This document shows positions 19,116-29,278 of a DNA stretch of 56,241 bases, piece by piece. Origin of the DNA: a virus (lineage: Duplodnaviria; Caudoviricetes); IMG/VR virus record IMGVR_UViG_3300005764_001667, positions 1 to 56,241 of that record, one strand, 5' to 3'. The notes beneath the pieces were generated by a model that saw nothing but the letters and a program-made list of their open reading frames with translations, searched no databases and had not been told where the DNA came from. How positions within the stretch are numbered: the stretch's first letter is position 1; each line of letters begins with the position of its first letter. The position numbers and the translations under genes are program-made.

Positions 19116-20120
19116 TCAGAGGGGTGCCCCGCCGGGTGAATCCTCCCCAATTTTTTCGCCGCGCACCCATGTCTTCCCAATTTTTTTGGGCCGGAATTCG
19201 GGCTTCAACATCAGCCTGCCACGATCTAAGTCCTTGCGATCTTTGGGGATAGAGAAATACTGCTCCAGGTCAGGCCAGTCCTGCTCGCGTATGGTCAAAG
19301 GTTCACCACGGAAGAAGCCCACCCAACTGTTCCCGACCTTACCGGAAAAGTTGTCCTGCTTTAGCTGGCCCTCGGCAGTTTTTTGGTAAGGCTGGCTTAG
19401 CTCGAAGCCGATGTACTTACGGCCCAGGTGCTTTGCGGCGAGGGCGGTCGTCCCCGTGCCCATGAAGGGGTCGAGGATGATGTCGCCCTCGTCGCTGCTC
19501 ATCAGGATGAGGCGCTCCATGAGATGCACCGGCAGGATGCAGGGGTGGTGTAGCTTCTCGTGCTGGCCGTGCTTGATGCGGTGGATGTCGGTCCAGCAGT
19601 CGCCGGTCAGGGAGCCGAACAGGGGGATGCGGTCCTTTTTGCCGCCCCAATCTTTTGCAATTCGCTTGCAGCGTATGCAGTATTTATGGGCGTGGCGTAG
19701 CTGATAAAACTTGGGTTTCTCCGTGACGCCGTAATATAAGATGCCGTAGTGCCGGGGTTGAAGGCCCTTGCCCATCGGCCCGGCGGGCGCGTCCCAGGCG
19801 ATCCAGTTTTTGAAGACGGCCTTGGGGTTTAAGTGAGCCGCGTACTCGATAAGATATTTCGGAATATGATGGACGAATATAGAACCGTCGTCTTTGGTCA
19901 CTCGCACCATTTCGCCCAGCCAGAGCTTGGACCACTCGATATATTCTTCGTGTTTCTTGCGGTCGATAATGCCGCCCTCGTACTTCTTGTCGAGGTTAAA
20001 AGGCGGGTCGGCAAAGGAAACCTGGGAACTCTTGGCGGGGATGGCCTTGAACAGATCGAGGCAATCACCGAAGGTGATTTCGTCAACGTATTGTGCCAGG
20101 CTGATTTTATCTTGGAACAT
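19116..20120 (-). CDS. N4-C/N6-A DNA methyltransferase (beta class)
   Basis: DPPF precedes LDPFMGTGTT; HPC..P; TATAAT-N6-ATG at 20120. Confidence 0.92.
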   Translation of the reverse strand: MFQDKISLAQYVDEITFGDCLDLFKAIPAKSSQVSFADPPFNLDKKYEGGIIDRKKHEEYIEWSKLWLGEMVRVTKDDGSIFVHHIPKYLIEYAAHLNPKAVFKNWIAWDAPAGPMGKGLQPRHYGILYYGVTEKPKFYQLRHAHKYCIRCKRIAKDWGGKKDRIPLFGSLTGDCWTDIHRIKHGQHEKLHHPCILPVHLMERLILMSSDEGDIILDPFMGTGTTALAAKHLGRKYIGFELSQPYQKTAEGQLKQDNFSGKVGNSWVGFFRGEPLTIREQDWPDLEQYFSIPKDRKDLDRGRLMLKPEFRPKKIGKTWVRGEKIGEDSPGGAPL

Positions 20121-20184
20121 AGGGGTATTATAAAATGCCTCCGGGACCGGCACCAGCCCAGATTTGCAAATCTATAATTTTGGT

Positions 20185-20730
20185 ATGTACATCGAAGAAG
20201 CACGTCATCAGTATCGCAATGTTCTTTATCCGTTCGTGGTTCAGACCACACCTGCGTTACTTGCCACCGATTTTGATACAAAGGGACTGATCGCCCCAAA
20301 GCATTGGGAGTGCCTGGCGGCGATCTTGCGTGGTGACCGCAAGTCAAGAAGTCGATATGGTATCGACCTCTGCCACGCCGAAGTGAAAACGGCGCTAGAT
20401 ATGAATGGCAAGTTCGATTACCAATGGCACCGAAAGAACTGGCGCAAGACCTTTTGGCAGCAGATGCAGAACGATCACGTTTTCGTCACGTTCCCGGAAG
20501 ATTATTCGTGGATCGTGGTGCGGGTTTTGACCCCGGAATATATGCAGCCGCGATTGTTGGAATGGAGGCCGAGAATTTATCAGGCATATGTCATCCCCGA
20601 AAAGCCGGAGAAACGATGCCGTGCAACTTTGGACCTGGGGTATGTCAAAAAGTACGGCACCGTTATTTTTGAGGACCGTATCGAGGCCCCGGTCGCTTCA
20701 CCGAAAGCGATCCAGTTGTGGGCCTCCTGA
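20185..20730 (+). CDS. hypothetical protein
   Basis: TATAAT-N6-ATG leaderless start. Confidence 0.6.
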   Translation: MYIEEARHQYRNVLYPFVVQTTPALLATDFDTKGLIAPKHWECLAAILRGDRKSRSRYGIDLCHAEVKTALDMNGKFDYQWHRKNWRKTFWQQMQNDHVFVTFPEDYSWIVVRVLTPEYMQPRLLEWRPRIYQAYVIPEKPEKRCRATLDLGYVKKYGTVIFEDRIEAPVASPKAIQLWAS

Positions 20731-20816
20731 GACTGGTCTTTCACTTTAGCGATTGAATGTATACCATAACTCGATTCTGAGGAGGCTTATTATGAAACAC
20801 GGAGGTTACGAAAGTC

Positions 20817-21641
20817 ATGGGTTCATCGGATGAGTGTCAGCGTATGCAGGTGATTCGCCTGATGGAGAAGAAGCCTGGTTTGGCGGCAACGATCTTGAAA
20901 CTGTACGACAAGTGCGAGGATGATTACGGCATTCCCCTTTCGGACCTGCCCCTGATGCTGGAGATGAAGAAGGTCGATTCCATGATGCGGGGTAGTGCGA
21001 ATGAATTTCGTCACTACCACGCCCTGGAAGGCATGGTCAAGGGTCAGGAGGGCTGCGAGGTTATAAAGGGTGACAGTGTAGACGCGGACATTTTCTTTGG
21101 CCGTCCGGGTTGCGAGGTCGTGAGCGCCACCAAGGATGGAAAATTAAAAGTAGAGGACAAGCTGGCAGCAGACCGGCCATTCAAGGCCAAGGACGGGTAC
21201 GCTCGCGTTCCCATGAAGGTGATGCGATCCCGGACTGCCGGGAAAAAAGTTTGCCAAAAACGGTCTGCCAAGACGGGGGTGGCCTGGCAGATACATCGAA
21301 AACATTCGGACAGCTACCGCCTTTCGGACTTCGACGTGGTGTTTACCTCAATAGAGGAGAACATCTTCGTTGCCGAGCCGGGGACCAAGGAGTGGGATAA
21401 AGAAGAAGAATTTCTGAACGGCTTCGGTTTGACTCACCGCATCGCCCGGAAGATGCGCGAGTTCGTCTTCTGGGCTTATGCGAAAGACCTGATCTCGACG
21501 GAAACGAACCCGGTGTGCCGCCGGAGGAAGTGTGACAAGAACTGCGGGTTTATTTACAACCACCCGATAGCGACAATCGAGATGGGCAGCAGGAAGGTTC
21601 TCCACCCCTGGCACCTACTCACCCCCTCGTGCTATCCATAA
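20817..21641 (+). CDS. hypothetical, possible restriction endonuclease-like
   Basis: RG.A.E...AD...Y..SDFDVV; near a DNA MTase. Confidence 0.4.
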   Translation: MGSSDECQRMQVIRLMEKKPGLAATILKLYDKCEDDYGIPLSDLPLMLEMKKVDSMMRGSANEFRHYHALEGMVKGQEGCEVIKGDSVDADIFFGRPGCEVVSATKDGKLKVEDKLAADRPFKAKDGYARVPMKVMRSRTAGKKVCQKRSAKTGVAWQIHRKHSDSYRLSDFDVVFTSIEENIFVAEPGTKEWDKEEEFLNGFGLTHRIARKMREFVFWAYAKDLISTETNPVCRRRKCDKNCGFIYNHPIATIEMGSRKVLHPWHLLTPSCYP

Positions 21642-22547
21642 ATCCAGCACCTTGGGCAGTAGGGCCATGCGGGTATAAACTCCGTTCTTTACCTGACGCC
21701 AGATTGCGCAACGCGGGTCGGCCTCCAGCCACTCCGGTATCTCGTTGTTACGCGGGAGCGGGTGCAATATAATTGCATTCCTTTTCATGTGGTGAAGAAT
21801 ATTGCTATCCACCGGCCACTGCCAGCACTTCTTTTCAAATTCTTCCTGGGCCTCCACCGGCCAGCGTTCCTTCTGTGGCCGAATCAAATAAAACACGTCG
21901 ATCTCGTGGGCTACCTCCAGCCGGTTTACGTTTTCGTGCATTATATTGTTGCCGCTCCATTTGAAATTTTCCTCCAACTCCAACCCCTTCGGGTGCGCGA
22001 GGTACGCGGTCACATCAAATTGCTGGAGGAGGTTGAGCAGCGAGTGGGCGGTGCGGCTGTGCTTGAGATCGCCCAGGAACATGACGTTCAGCCCATCCAC
22101 GGTGCCCAACTCGTTTTGGATGGTGAAAAGGTCGAGGAGGGCTTGTGTCGGGTGTTCGCCGTCGCCGTTGCCCGCGTTTATGATGGGACAATCACTGACG
22201 GTGGCTGCCTGATCCATCGCCGTGCGGTCGGCGTGCCGAATCACGATCACGTCGGCGTACTGGCTGACCGTCTTCACGTTGTCCTCCAGGGACTCGCCCT
22301 TCCGCAAGGACGTGGTGTCGGCCTCCGTGACGCTGAGGACGGAGCCGCCCAACCGTTTCATGGCCGTCTCGAAGGAAAGGCGCGTGCGGGTGGATGGCTC
22401 GAAGAACATGGTCGCCAGGATGTGATCGCGGAGGATTTGTACTTCCTGCCACATTCCGGTTTCTGCCAGGTGTTTCATGCTGCCGGCAGACGCCAGCACG
22501 TCAAGAACAAAAAAGCGGTCCAAGCCGCGCGTAGAAAGGACGTGCAT
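21615..22547 (-). CDS. pyrB: aspartate carbamoyltransferase catalytic subunit
   Basis: FFEPSTRTRLSF, INAG.G..EHPTQ, GDLKHSRT, HPLPR. Confidence 0.96.
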   Translation of the reverse strand: MHVLSTRGLDRFFVLDVLASAGSMKHLAETGMWQEVQILRDHILATMFFEPSTRTRLSFETAMKRLGGSVLSVTEADTTSLRKGESLEDNVKTVSQYADVIVIRHADRTAMDQAATVSDCPIINAGNGDGEHPTQALLDLFTIQNELGTVDGLNVMFLGDLKHSRTAHSLLNLLQQFDVTAYLAHPKGLELEENFKWSGNNIMHENVNRLEVAHEIDVFYLIRPQKERWPVEAQEEFEKKCWQWPVDSNILHHMKRNAIILHPLPRNNEIPEWLEADPRCAIWRQVKNGVYTRMALLPKVLDLWIARGGE

Positions 22548-22583
22548 TCCGTTATACCTCCCAGGCTCAGTATAACGGCTACG

Positions 22584-23396
22584 TCAGTAGGAGGCCATCA
22601 TTTTTACGATGCAGTCGGTAATTTCTTCCTGCGATTGGGTCGGCATGAACACTTCGTCCCATCGGGATACCCGCGACTTCCACTCGTGCTGGCGGGTGCG
22701 CGAGACGATCTCACAGCCCCAGCAATGCAGGATGCCCCGCTCTGGTTGGAAGACCATGTTGATGTCGAACTGTTCGCAGCGTAGCTGGGTGGGAAGTTCA
22801 ACACCGTGGCCTCGGTAGGAAAGGTAAACGATGTAATACTGGTCGTTGACCTTTTTGATGCCTTCATTCACCATGACGAGGGGGTGGTCGCGGCGAATGG
22901 CGTCGGACACGCGAATGACCAGGCGTTGGAACTCCGGGAAGTAGTCCTTGGGGGCCTCCAGCATGGCTGTGCGGTCGAGGTTGTTCAGTTCAGTATATAT
23001 CGTGTGCGCCAGGTTGACTTCCTTAGCTTTGCCTTCCGCGAACTCCTGCCCGGCCAGGGGCAAGACCTTTTTGCATATCCAGTGGGGGTCGCCCTGAATA
23101 TCGGTGACGAGCTTGCGCAACGTGACCCGCAACGACCCCAGGGGCGATACGTCCATCGTCCAGGCACCGGGTTGATCGCCCCACTCGATATGGTCGCTGA
23201 AGGTGCGGCGGGGCGATTTTGTGCCCACGTTGCCCAAATGCACCAATTCCCGCAGTAGAATATCAAATGAGAGTGGTTTCAACACGTCCTCGGATCGGTC
23301 GGTGGGGCGGTTCGCGTTGAGGCCCGCTTTGGTGTCGAAGCCGAACATTTCGTCCGCGCTCTTGGTAAACCACTCTCGGAAATGCAAAGATTTCAT
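22584..23396 (-). CDS. hypothetical protein, CTS-like N terminus
   Basis: MKSLHFREWF, preceded by TATATA. Confidence 0.65.
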   Translation of the reverse strand: MKSLHFREWFTKSADEMFGFDTKAGLNANRPTDRSEDVLKPLSFDILLRELVHLGNVGTKSPRRTFSDHIEWGDQPGAWTMDVSPLGSLRVTLRKLVTDIQGDPHWICKKVLPLAGQEFAEGKAKEVNLAHTIYTELNNLDRTAMLEAPKDYFPEFQRLVIRVSDAIRRDHPLVMVNEGIKKVNDQYYIVYLSYRGHGVELPTQLRCEQFDINMVFQPERGILHCWGCEIVSRTRQHEWKSRVSRWDEVFMPTQSQEEITDCIVKMMASY

Positions 23397-23427
23397 ACCT
23401 ATGCTATATATGAGCAAAGGAGGCTTT

Positions 23428-23619
23428 ATGATGCGATTTCTCGGTTGGCTGTTGGTCGTATTGCTTCTGTTGGGCGTTTTTGGGTTTTTCATGGATTGGG
23501 TGGACCTGAGCAAGCATAATACGCCCGGCAGGTGTGAGATCACCTTGGGGGTCAACGGCGGCAAGGTGAAATCCGATTTCAGTGATGCTTACCATACCGT
23601 GGAGGGGTGGTTCAAATAA
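23428..23619 (+). CDS. small membrane protein
   Basis: SD AGGAGG, one TM helix. Confidence 0.6.
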   Translation: MMRFLGWLLVVLLLLGVFGFFMDWVDLSKHNTPGRCEITLGVNGGKVKSDFSDAYHTVEGWFK

Positions 23620-23942
23620 TGAAGAAGTTCGCCGTCTGGTTGGAGGCGCGGCTCGGCAACGATCCGCAGGAGTTGCGGCGGATGATGATGGACTATCTGG
23701 GCCTCAAGTTCGATCCCAAGAAGGGCATGGCCATCACGATGGACACCTTCGACACCCGCACTATCCATCAGATGGCCGACAAGATAAAGGGCTGGACGGC
23801 ACTTTCGTCGGACCAAAAGGTAGCGGCCTTGGACGTATTATACAACAAGCCGGGCGCGAACCTGGGTGACCTGGCCGATGCCCTCGCGGGCGGTCCCCAA
23901 CCGTTGCCTGCCCCGGAAAAACCGGCAGAGGAGGGTCTGTGA
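23619..23942 (+). CDS. hypothetical protein, CTS-like N terminus
   Basis: MKKFAVWLEA; TAATG coupling. Confidence 0.65.
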   Translation: MKKFAVWLEARLGNDPQELRRMMMDYLGLKFDPKKGMAITMDTFDTRTIHQMADKIKGWTALSSDQKVAALDVLYNKPGANLGDLADALAGGPQPLPAPEKPAEEGL

Positions 23943-24340
23943 AATCGTTTCAGGAATGGGTCGAAGCACGCATGTTTGGCCGCGAGGACTGGCCGGTAGC
24001 TCTGGATTATTACGGCGAGAAGGGTGGGGCCGGTCTGGGGGCATGGCTTCGGCCCGCGTATTCTCGAATGATCGCCATTCTCCGGCGCTCCATTTACCCG
24101 GCGATGGAAGGGGACGCCGAGCCGGACGAAATCGAGGAATACCGCCGGCAAAATCAGCAGTGGGCGATGACATTGCAGGCGATGAGCAGGAACGCGGCGA
24201 TCAACGGGGCCAGGGACCGGCAACACCAGTTGGAGTTTCTGCGCGAGCTTCAGAGCAGTCCCCATGACCCGGCGATCAACCGCCACCTGGCGTATCTCAT
24301 TCAAATCTGGCAACAAATCTCGCAAAGGGTGGAGTTCTGA
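23939..24340 (+). CDS. hypothetical protein, CTS-like N terminus
   Basis: MKSFQEWVEA; GTGA coupling. Confidence 0.65.
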   Translation: MKSFQEWVEARMFGREDWPVALDYYGEKGGAGLGAWLRPAYSRMIAILRRSIYPAMEGDAEPDEIEEYRRQNQQWAMTLQAMSRNAAINGARDRQHQLEFLRELQSSPHDPAINRHLAYLIQIWQQISQRVEF

Positions 24341-24355
24341 CGCTAAAATACAGAC

Positions 24356-25183
24356 ATGGGACTGCCACCTTTATTTTCGCAGCGTATGCTGATGTGCTGG
24401 CCCAGGCACTATCAAGTTTGCTATAAGATCAACCCCTGGATGAAGCCCGACGAGCCGGACCAGGCGGTTAAAAGGTCGCTCGCCGTCAAGCAGTGGATCA
24501 ATCTTCATCATACCCTCATTCGCCTTGGCGTCTTTGTGGAATACATCGACGCCACCCCCGCTATACCCGATCACGTCTTTACCGCCAACGCCGGATTGAT
24601 TTATGGCGAAAAGGTGGTATTATCCAATTTCAAATACAAGGAGCGGCAGAAGGAACGCCGTAAATACCATCGCTGGTTCGAGGACCATTGCCTTGAAGTC
24701 AAGACCCTTCCCGCCAAGCTTCACTTCGAGGGGGCTGGTGACGCACTGTTTGTTGGTGATACCTTATACGGTGGTTTTGGTTTTCGCTCTGATTATCTCG
24801 CTCATATTCAGGTCGCTGATACGCTGGGAATCAAGAAGTTCCATCTTCTCAAGCTTGTCGATCCTCGTTTTTATCATCTGGATACCTGTTTTTGTCCTCT
24901 GCGGAGCAATACGGCTCTTGTATTCCCGGACGCCTTCGACCCCGAATCCCTGGCTGTGATGGACTCGCACCTGAACATGGTGCCGGTCCCGCCCCAGGAG
25001 GCCGAAAGATTTGCTTGCAACGCCGTCGTCCTCAACAACGACATCGTGATTCCGAAAGGCTGTCCGTTGACGCGGGAGCGACTGATCGGGGAGAACTTTC
25101 GCGTATATGAAGTCGAGATGGGGGAGTTCATCAAGGCCGGCGGTGCCTGCAAGTGTTTGACCCTGAATTTAGGTGTAATATGA
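24356..25183 (+). CDS. amidinotransferase/dimethylargininase family protein
   Basis: INPWM, PD.VFTANAG, FEGAGD, FYHLDTCF, FIKAGGACKCL. Confidence 0.9.
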   Translation: MGLPPLFSQRMLMCWPRHYQVCYKINPWMKPDEPDQAVKRSLAVKQWINLHHTLIRLGVFVEYIDATPAIPDHVFTANAGLIYGEKVVLSNFKYKERQKERRKYHRWFEDHCLEVKTLPAKLHFEGAGDALFVGDTLYGGFGFRSDYLAHIQVADTLGIKKFHLLKLVDPRFYHLDTCFCPLRSNTALVFPDAFDPESLAVMDSHLNMVPVPPQEAERFACNAVVLNNDIVIPKGCPLTRERLIGENFRVYEVEMGEFIKAGGACKCLTLNLGVI

Positions 25184-26121
25184 AACAGATTAGCATGGAC
25201 TTGGTTCGCGTCACGGAGGCGGCGGCGATTTCCGCGTCGGCCTGGGTTGGGAGCGGCAATAAGGAGGAGGCGGATCGGGCGGCGACAGACGCGATGCGGG
25301 ACCGTCTGAACCAGCTTCCCATGCACGGTGTCATTCGTATTGGCGAGGGCAAGAAGGACGGGGCACCGGGATTGTTTCGCGGCGAAATCGTCGGGGGTCT
25401 GCGCGACATGGCGGTAGACCTTCATGTTCCTTCGCTCGATATTGCGGTGGACCCCATCGACGGCACCCGGCAGACCACCATCGCCGGCCCGGAAGCCATC
25501 AGCGTACTGGCGGTCGCGGACCACAACACCATGTTCCATACCGACGATTTCTACATGCTGAAATTGGCCTACGGCCCGGAGATCGCCACCCGGACCACCC
25601 TGAACGTGGACGCCCCGCTCAAAGACACCCTGGGGCGGGTTGCCAAGGCCATTTATAAACAGATCGAGAAGTTGACCGTCTGCATTTTAGACCGTCCGCG
25701 TCACGCGGAATATATTGATGAAATGCGGCGCTGTGGTTGCCGCATCAAACTCATTCAGGACTGCGATATTTCCGGGGCCATCGCCACCTGCCTGCCCGAT
25801 AGCGGCGTGGACCTGCTGTTCGGCATCGGCGGTGCCCCGGAGGCGGTTATCACGGCCTGCGCCATGAAATGCTTGGGCGGCAACATGGACTGCCTTATTT
25901 GGGACCAGAAAAGCGGCGAACAAACGGGCTATGCTCGCGGCCAGCCCTATACCCTAAAGCATTTGGTGGACGGCAATTGCTGCTTTGCGGCCACCGGCGT
26001 GACCAACGGCAGCTTGCTCAAGGGGGTACGCTGGACGCAGCACGGCCCGATCACCAACAGCGTCTTCATGCGGTCGGAGAGCGGCACAGTGCGTTGGCTA
26101 ATCACGGAGCATGGGAACTAA
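25180..26121 (+). CDS. glpX: fructose-1,6-bisphosphatase class II
   Basis: RVTEAAA, IGEG, DIAVDPIDGT, LDRPRH, GIGGAPE, AATGVT.G. Confidence 0.95.
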   Translation: MKQISMDLVRVTEAAAISASAWVGSGNKEEADRAATDAMRDRLNQLPMHGVIRIGEGKKDGAPGLFRGEIVGGLRDMAVDLHVPSLDIAVDPIDGTRQTTIAGPEAISVLAVADHNTMFHTDDFYMLKLAYGPEIATRTTLNVDAPLKDTLGRVAKAIYKQIEKLTVCILDRPRHAEYIDEMRRCGCRIKLIQDCDISGAIATCLPDSGVDLLFGIGGAPEAVITACAMKCLGGNMDCLIWDQKSGEQTGYARGQPYTLKHLVDGNCCFAATGVTNGSLLKGVRWTQHGPITNSVFMRSESGTVRWLITEHGN

Positions 26122-26534
26122 TGCTTTGGGAAATAAAACCGATTGTTGAGCAAGTCGCGGTGGACTCGGCGGAGGCATCGGCGTCTGAACTTCCGCCGGT
26201 CGCCGGTGTGCGTGCCGACTCCCAGGCCGTCCGCCGCCAACCAGATGTCGTTGGCCGGGGTGCCCGCGTCCCTGACGACAGCATCCAGAGGGTGCCAGAG
26301 ACTTTGGTGGAGACGGGCGCGCTCCACCAGGACCGCAACCTTCTCCGGCGTGCCCGGAAGGGCCGCAGTCGGCGGTGGCAACGGGGAGCGCCCATTGAAG
26401 TTCGCGGCGATGCCTCGGACGGCGTACTTGCTGGTGGAGGGATACAGGGTGCGAATGCCGGGAGTGTAGTAGCAAGTCCAGCACAAACCCTTGGGGCGGC
26501 TGGGTTTACGGTTGTTGCAGTGGCGGCAGAGCAT
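26118..26534 (-). CDS. Zn-finger protein of planctomycete-type hypothetical family
   Basis: CRHC...RP.GLCW.CYY...PT.A.PG.PEK..VL..RA...LWHP.D. Confidence 0.65.
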   Translation of the reverse strand: MLCRHCNNRKPSRPKGLCWTCYYTPGIRTLYPSTSKYAVRGIAANFNGRSPLPPPTAALPGTPEKVAVLVERARLHQSLWHPLDAVVRDAGTPANDIWLAADGLGVGTHTGDRRKFRRRCLRRVHRDLLNNRFYFPKH

Positions 26535-26608
26535 GGTCGCTTCCTCCCACGGTCAACGTAGCAAAATCGAGCAACTTTACAAGTGTCCTTATTGGGAGTA
26601 CCATAGCG

Positions 26609-27310
26609 GTGGAGTTCGTCTTTATCAGGCACGCGGAAAGCCAGTACAACGTCCGCCTTACTGAAAATCTGGACAGCCGGCTCACAGATGCAGGGTACTG
26701 GCAGGTGAAGTCTTTGGCAACCTGGCTGAAGCAGAATTGGCCCTCGATCAGCAGTTATGAGGGGCTGGTTTCGCCTTACTGGCGCTGTCTGGAGACGGCG
26801 CGGTTGCTGCGGGAGGAGTGCGGGATCAACTTCACGGTCGATCCGGGGCCGATGGAGATTCGCATATATCGCTACCACCCCTTGGTGCCGCGACGGGCCG
26901 ACGAATTTCCCATGTTCAATTGGGATTTGTACCCGGAGGATATGGCACTCAAACGGGAGACGATAGACGAGTACATGGGGCGGATGGAGGGTTTTCTGGC
27001 GACTTTCGGTCAGGAGGGACCGCATCCGGGCAAGAAGTGGTGGGAGCGATGGTTGGTCATTAGCCACGGCACCCCCTGTCAGACGATGGCGGAAATGGCG
27101 GCGGGAATACACGAAATCCCCACCGACTTCGATAAGGTCAAGAACTGCTCGATCTCCTGGGTGGACCAGGGTGAGATGATCTACTTTAACAAGGTGGTTT
27201 ATGGAGATTTCGGAGGAGCTTCTGGGCCGCTATGTGAACGGTCAGTTGGAGTGGCAACACCCGGAGGAAGGTTGGATGTACCGGGGCCAGATAACGGCCA
27301 TCAAATTTGA
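26609..27310 (+). CDS. histidine phosphatase family protein
   Basis: FIRHAES, SP..RC.ETA, VISHG, NCSI. Confidence 0.88.
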   Translation: MEFVFIRHAESQYNVRLTENLDSRLTDAGYWQVKSLATWLKQNWPSISSYEGLVSPYWRCLETARLLREECGINFTVDPGPMEIRIYRYHPLVPRRADEFPMFNWDLYPEDMALKRETIDEYMGRMEGFLATFGQEGPHPGKKWWERWLVISHGTPCQTMAEMAAGIHEIPTDFDKVKNCSISWVDQGEMIYFNKVVYGDFGGASGPLCERSVGVATPGGRLDVPGPDNGHQI

Positions 27311-27617
27311 GAAAAACCCCCGCCCCGGTGACATCTGGTTTAATTACAAGGTGACCATCGACTTCGAGTGGGTGGCCGAACTGGATAAAGAGCGGGCGTG
27401 CTGGGTCGAAGTACCTGACAGGAGCATCAGCTTCGACACGATGCTTTACAGCTTCAACTTCCTGGGGGAAGGTTTGCATCACCCTGGCGAGCGCCTGGGG
27501 ATGGCCTCGCATATTACCGGCGAACTGGCCGTCTTTTTCCCGCCCGGAGGGAGTATACTAGATCGTGGGAAGGTTGTCCCGCGAGAGAAGCAAAAACATG
27601 ATGACCCAGAAACTTGA
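27201..27617 (+). CDS. hypothetical protein
   Basis: ORF overlapping the previous gene. Confidence 0.55.
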   Translation: MEISEELLGRYVNGQLEWQHPEEGWMYRGQITAIKFEKNPRPGDIWFNYKVTIDFEWVAELDKERACWVEVPDRSISFDTMLYSFNFLGEGLHHPGERLGMASHITGELAVFFPPGGSILDRGKVVPREKQKHDDPET

Positions 27618-28158
27618 CCCGGAATTGTTGAATATGACCAAAACACCCGACGCCTTATACCAGGAGCAGCGCCGCCTGGCTCTGTCGAAGGCCAAGGAAG
27701 TCCTCCAGGGTTTGATGGTTAAGCTCCAGATGAAGTACGACGGCAAGCCCTTCAAGTGGGTTTTCCCGGACAACGTGTATTCCTATACCGACGCGGTGAA
27801 GGAACTGGTGGTCGAGGCGATGCAGGCGCAGGGCTGGAGGATGAAGAAGGATCGAGGCCGCAGCTATACCATCACCAAGGGTTCCGCGATCCAGCCGGGC
27901 GAAGCCTGGTACGGGACGCTCAAGATCGCCGGGGAGGGCACGCAGGGTTTATTGGTGGTGAAGACCAACCCAGAGATGGAGACAGGTTACGACATCCTTA
28001 ACAGCCACCTTGAGGGTTCCCTCAAGGAAGGAGACGACGTTCATTTGCTGGACGAGGACGATGGGTGGAGTTGGATAGGTCGCCTGCACGAAAACGGCGT
28101 GCCCGTGGAAATCCAGGCGTTGGAATTGCTCAAGTTGCATCACGAGGGCGGTAAGTGA
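27598..28158 (+). CDS. hypothetical protein
   Basis: ORF in operon. Confidence 0.6.
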   Translation: MMTQKLDPELLNMTKTPDALYQEQRRLALSKAKEVLQGLMVKLQMKYDGKPFKWVFPDNVYSYTDAVKELVVEAMQAQGWRMKKDRGRSYTITKGSAIQPGEAWYGTLKIAGEGTQGLLVVKTNPEMETGYDILNSHLEGSLKEGDDVHLLDEDDGWSWIGRLHENGVPVEIQALELLKLHHEGGK

Positions 28159-28712
28159 ACGACTTCTTCTTGGAGTGGCATCTGGACGCGGAAAACAACC
28201 CATTCGTTCTCTACGTCATGCGGGGCGTTCCGGGGTCCGGGAAAAGCCATGAGGCCAAGAAACTTGCGCCGCCGGAGCAGATTTTTTCTGCCGACGACTT
28301 CTTCGGCACTACCCGCGAGGAATATATCGCCGCCTGGAAGCAGGACAAACTTGGCGCTGCGCACAGCCAGTGTCAGCAGAAGGTGCGCATGGCGATGCAG
28401 TGCCGCCTGATGCCGCTCGTGGTGGATAACACCAACACCTTGCGGTGCGACGTTTTCCCCTACCTGGAAATGGCCCTGCGTTACGGCTACCGGCCTGAGA
28501 TAAAGGAGCCGACCTCGGAATGGTGGTTGACCCTGGTGGTTCCTTACCTGGGGAAGTTCGGGGCTTATCCTGACGAATTGGATGTGGCGGTCAAGGCGCT
28601 TTTCGACAAGTGCCAGCACGGTGTCCCCGAATCGACAATTCGTAAGATGTTGGTCAGGTGGCAGACCGTCTCTGCCGCCGACATGATGAAGTCCATCCTG
28701 CGGAGCAAATGA
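28155..28712 (+). CDS. P-loop kinase, AAA_33/N4BP2-like (polynucleotide kinase-like)
   Basis: MRGVPGSGKS, SADDFF, AH..CQ, VVDNTN, HGVP...I.KM. Confidence 0.8.
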   Translation: MNDFFLEWHLDAENNPFVLYVMRGVPGSGKSHEAKKLAPPEQIFSADDFFGTTREEYIAAWKQDKLGAAHSQCQQKVRMAMQCRLMPLVVDNTNTLRCDVFPYLEMALRYGYRPEIKEPTSEWWLTLVVPYLGKFGAYPDELDVAVKALFDKCQHGVPESTIRKMLVRWQTVSAADMMKSILRSK

Positions 28713-29254
28713 TGTACACCCTGGAGGTTGGTAAGCCGTATAACCCCGGCGTCAAGGTCTATCCTGAAGGCGGGGAGTACGGGTTTCGTTGTGGCGTCCA
28801 CGAGTTGTTGCTGCGATTCGGCAAGCCCACGGCCCAGGAAATTCGGGACGTGGCACGGGGGGAGAGTGAGTTCGCGGTGACGAGCGCCGAGGGCATCCTG
28901 TTCTTCCTGTACCGATTTGGTCAGGCGATCAAGTGGAGCGATGCCCCGTACACCTGGCATCTCGTGCCGGAGGATAACCGGGTGCCACCCGAACCGCCTG
29001 CGACCCCCAACACGCGGGCGGTCCTGCATGTCGTGCTGCTCGATGCCAACACCGGCATCGTGCGGGCGTTGCGGCTGGTCACCCTGTCGCCGGACATCAC
29101 CCGCACCCTTTATGAAGCCATCAAATCCCAGACGGAGACGCCGTGGACCGGCTGGAAGGAATATGACCGGCACCTGGCGGCGGCGTACCGGACCTATGGG
29201 AAAAGTACCGACCTGCTGAAACTCGCCATCGCTCGCGCCACAGGAGGCGTCTAG
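28709..29254 (+). CDS. hypothetical protein
   Basis: ATGA-coupled ORF. Confidence 0.65.
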   Translation: MMYTLEVGKPYNPGVKVYPEGGEYGFRCGVHELLLRFGKPTAQEIRDVARGESEFAVTSAEGILFFLYRFGQAIKWSDAPYTWHLVPEDNRVPPEPPATPNTRAVLHVVLLDANTGIVRALRLVTLSPDITRTLYEAIKSQTETPWTGWKEYDRHLAAAYRTYGKSTDLLKLAIARATGGV

Positions 29255-29278
29255 TTTTTATTTTCCGAAAGGATACAC

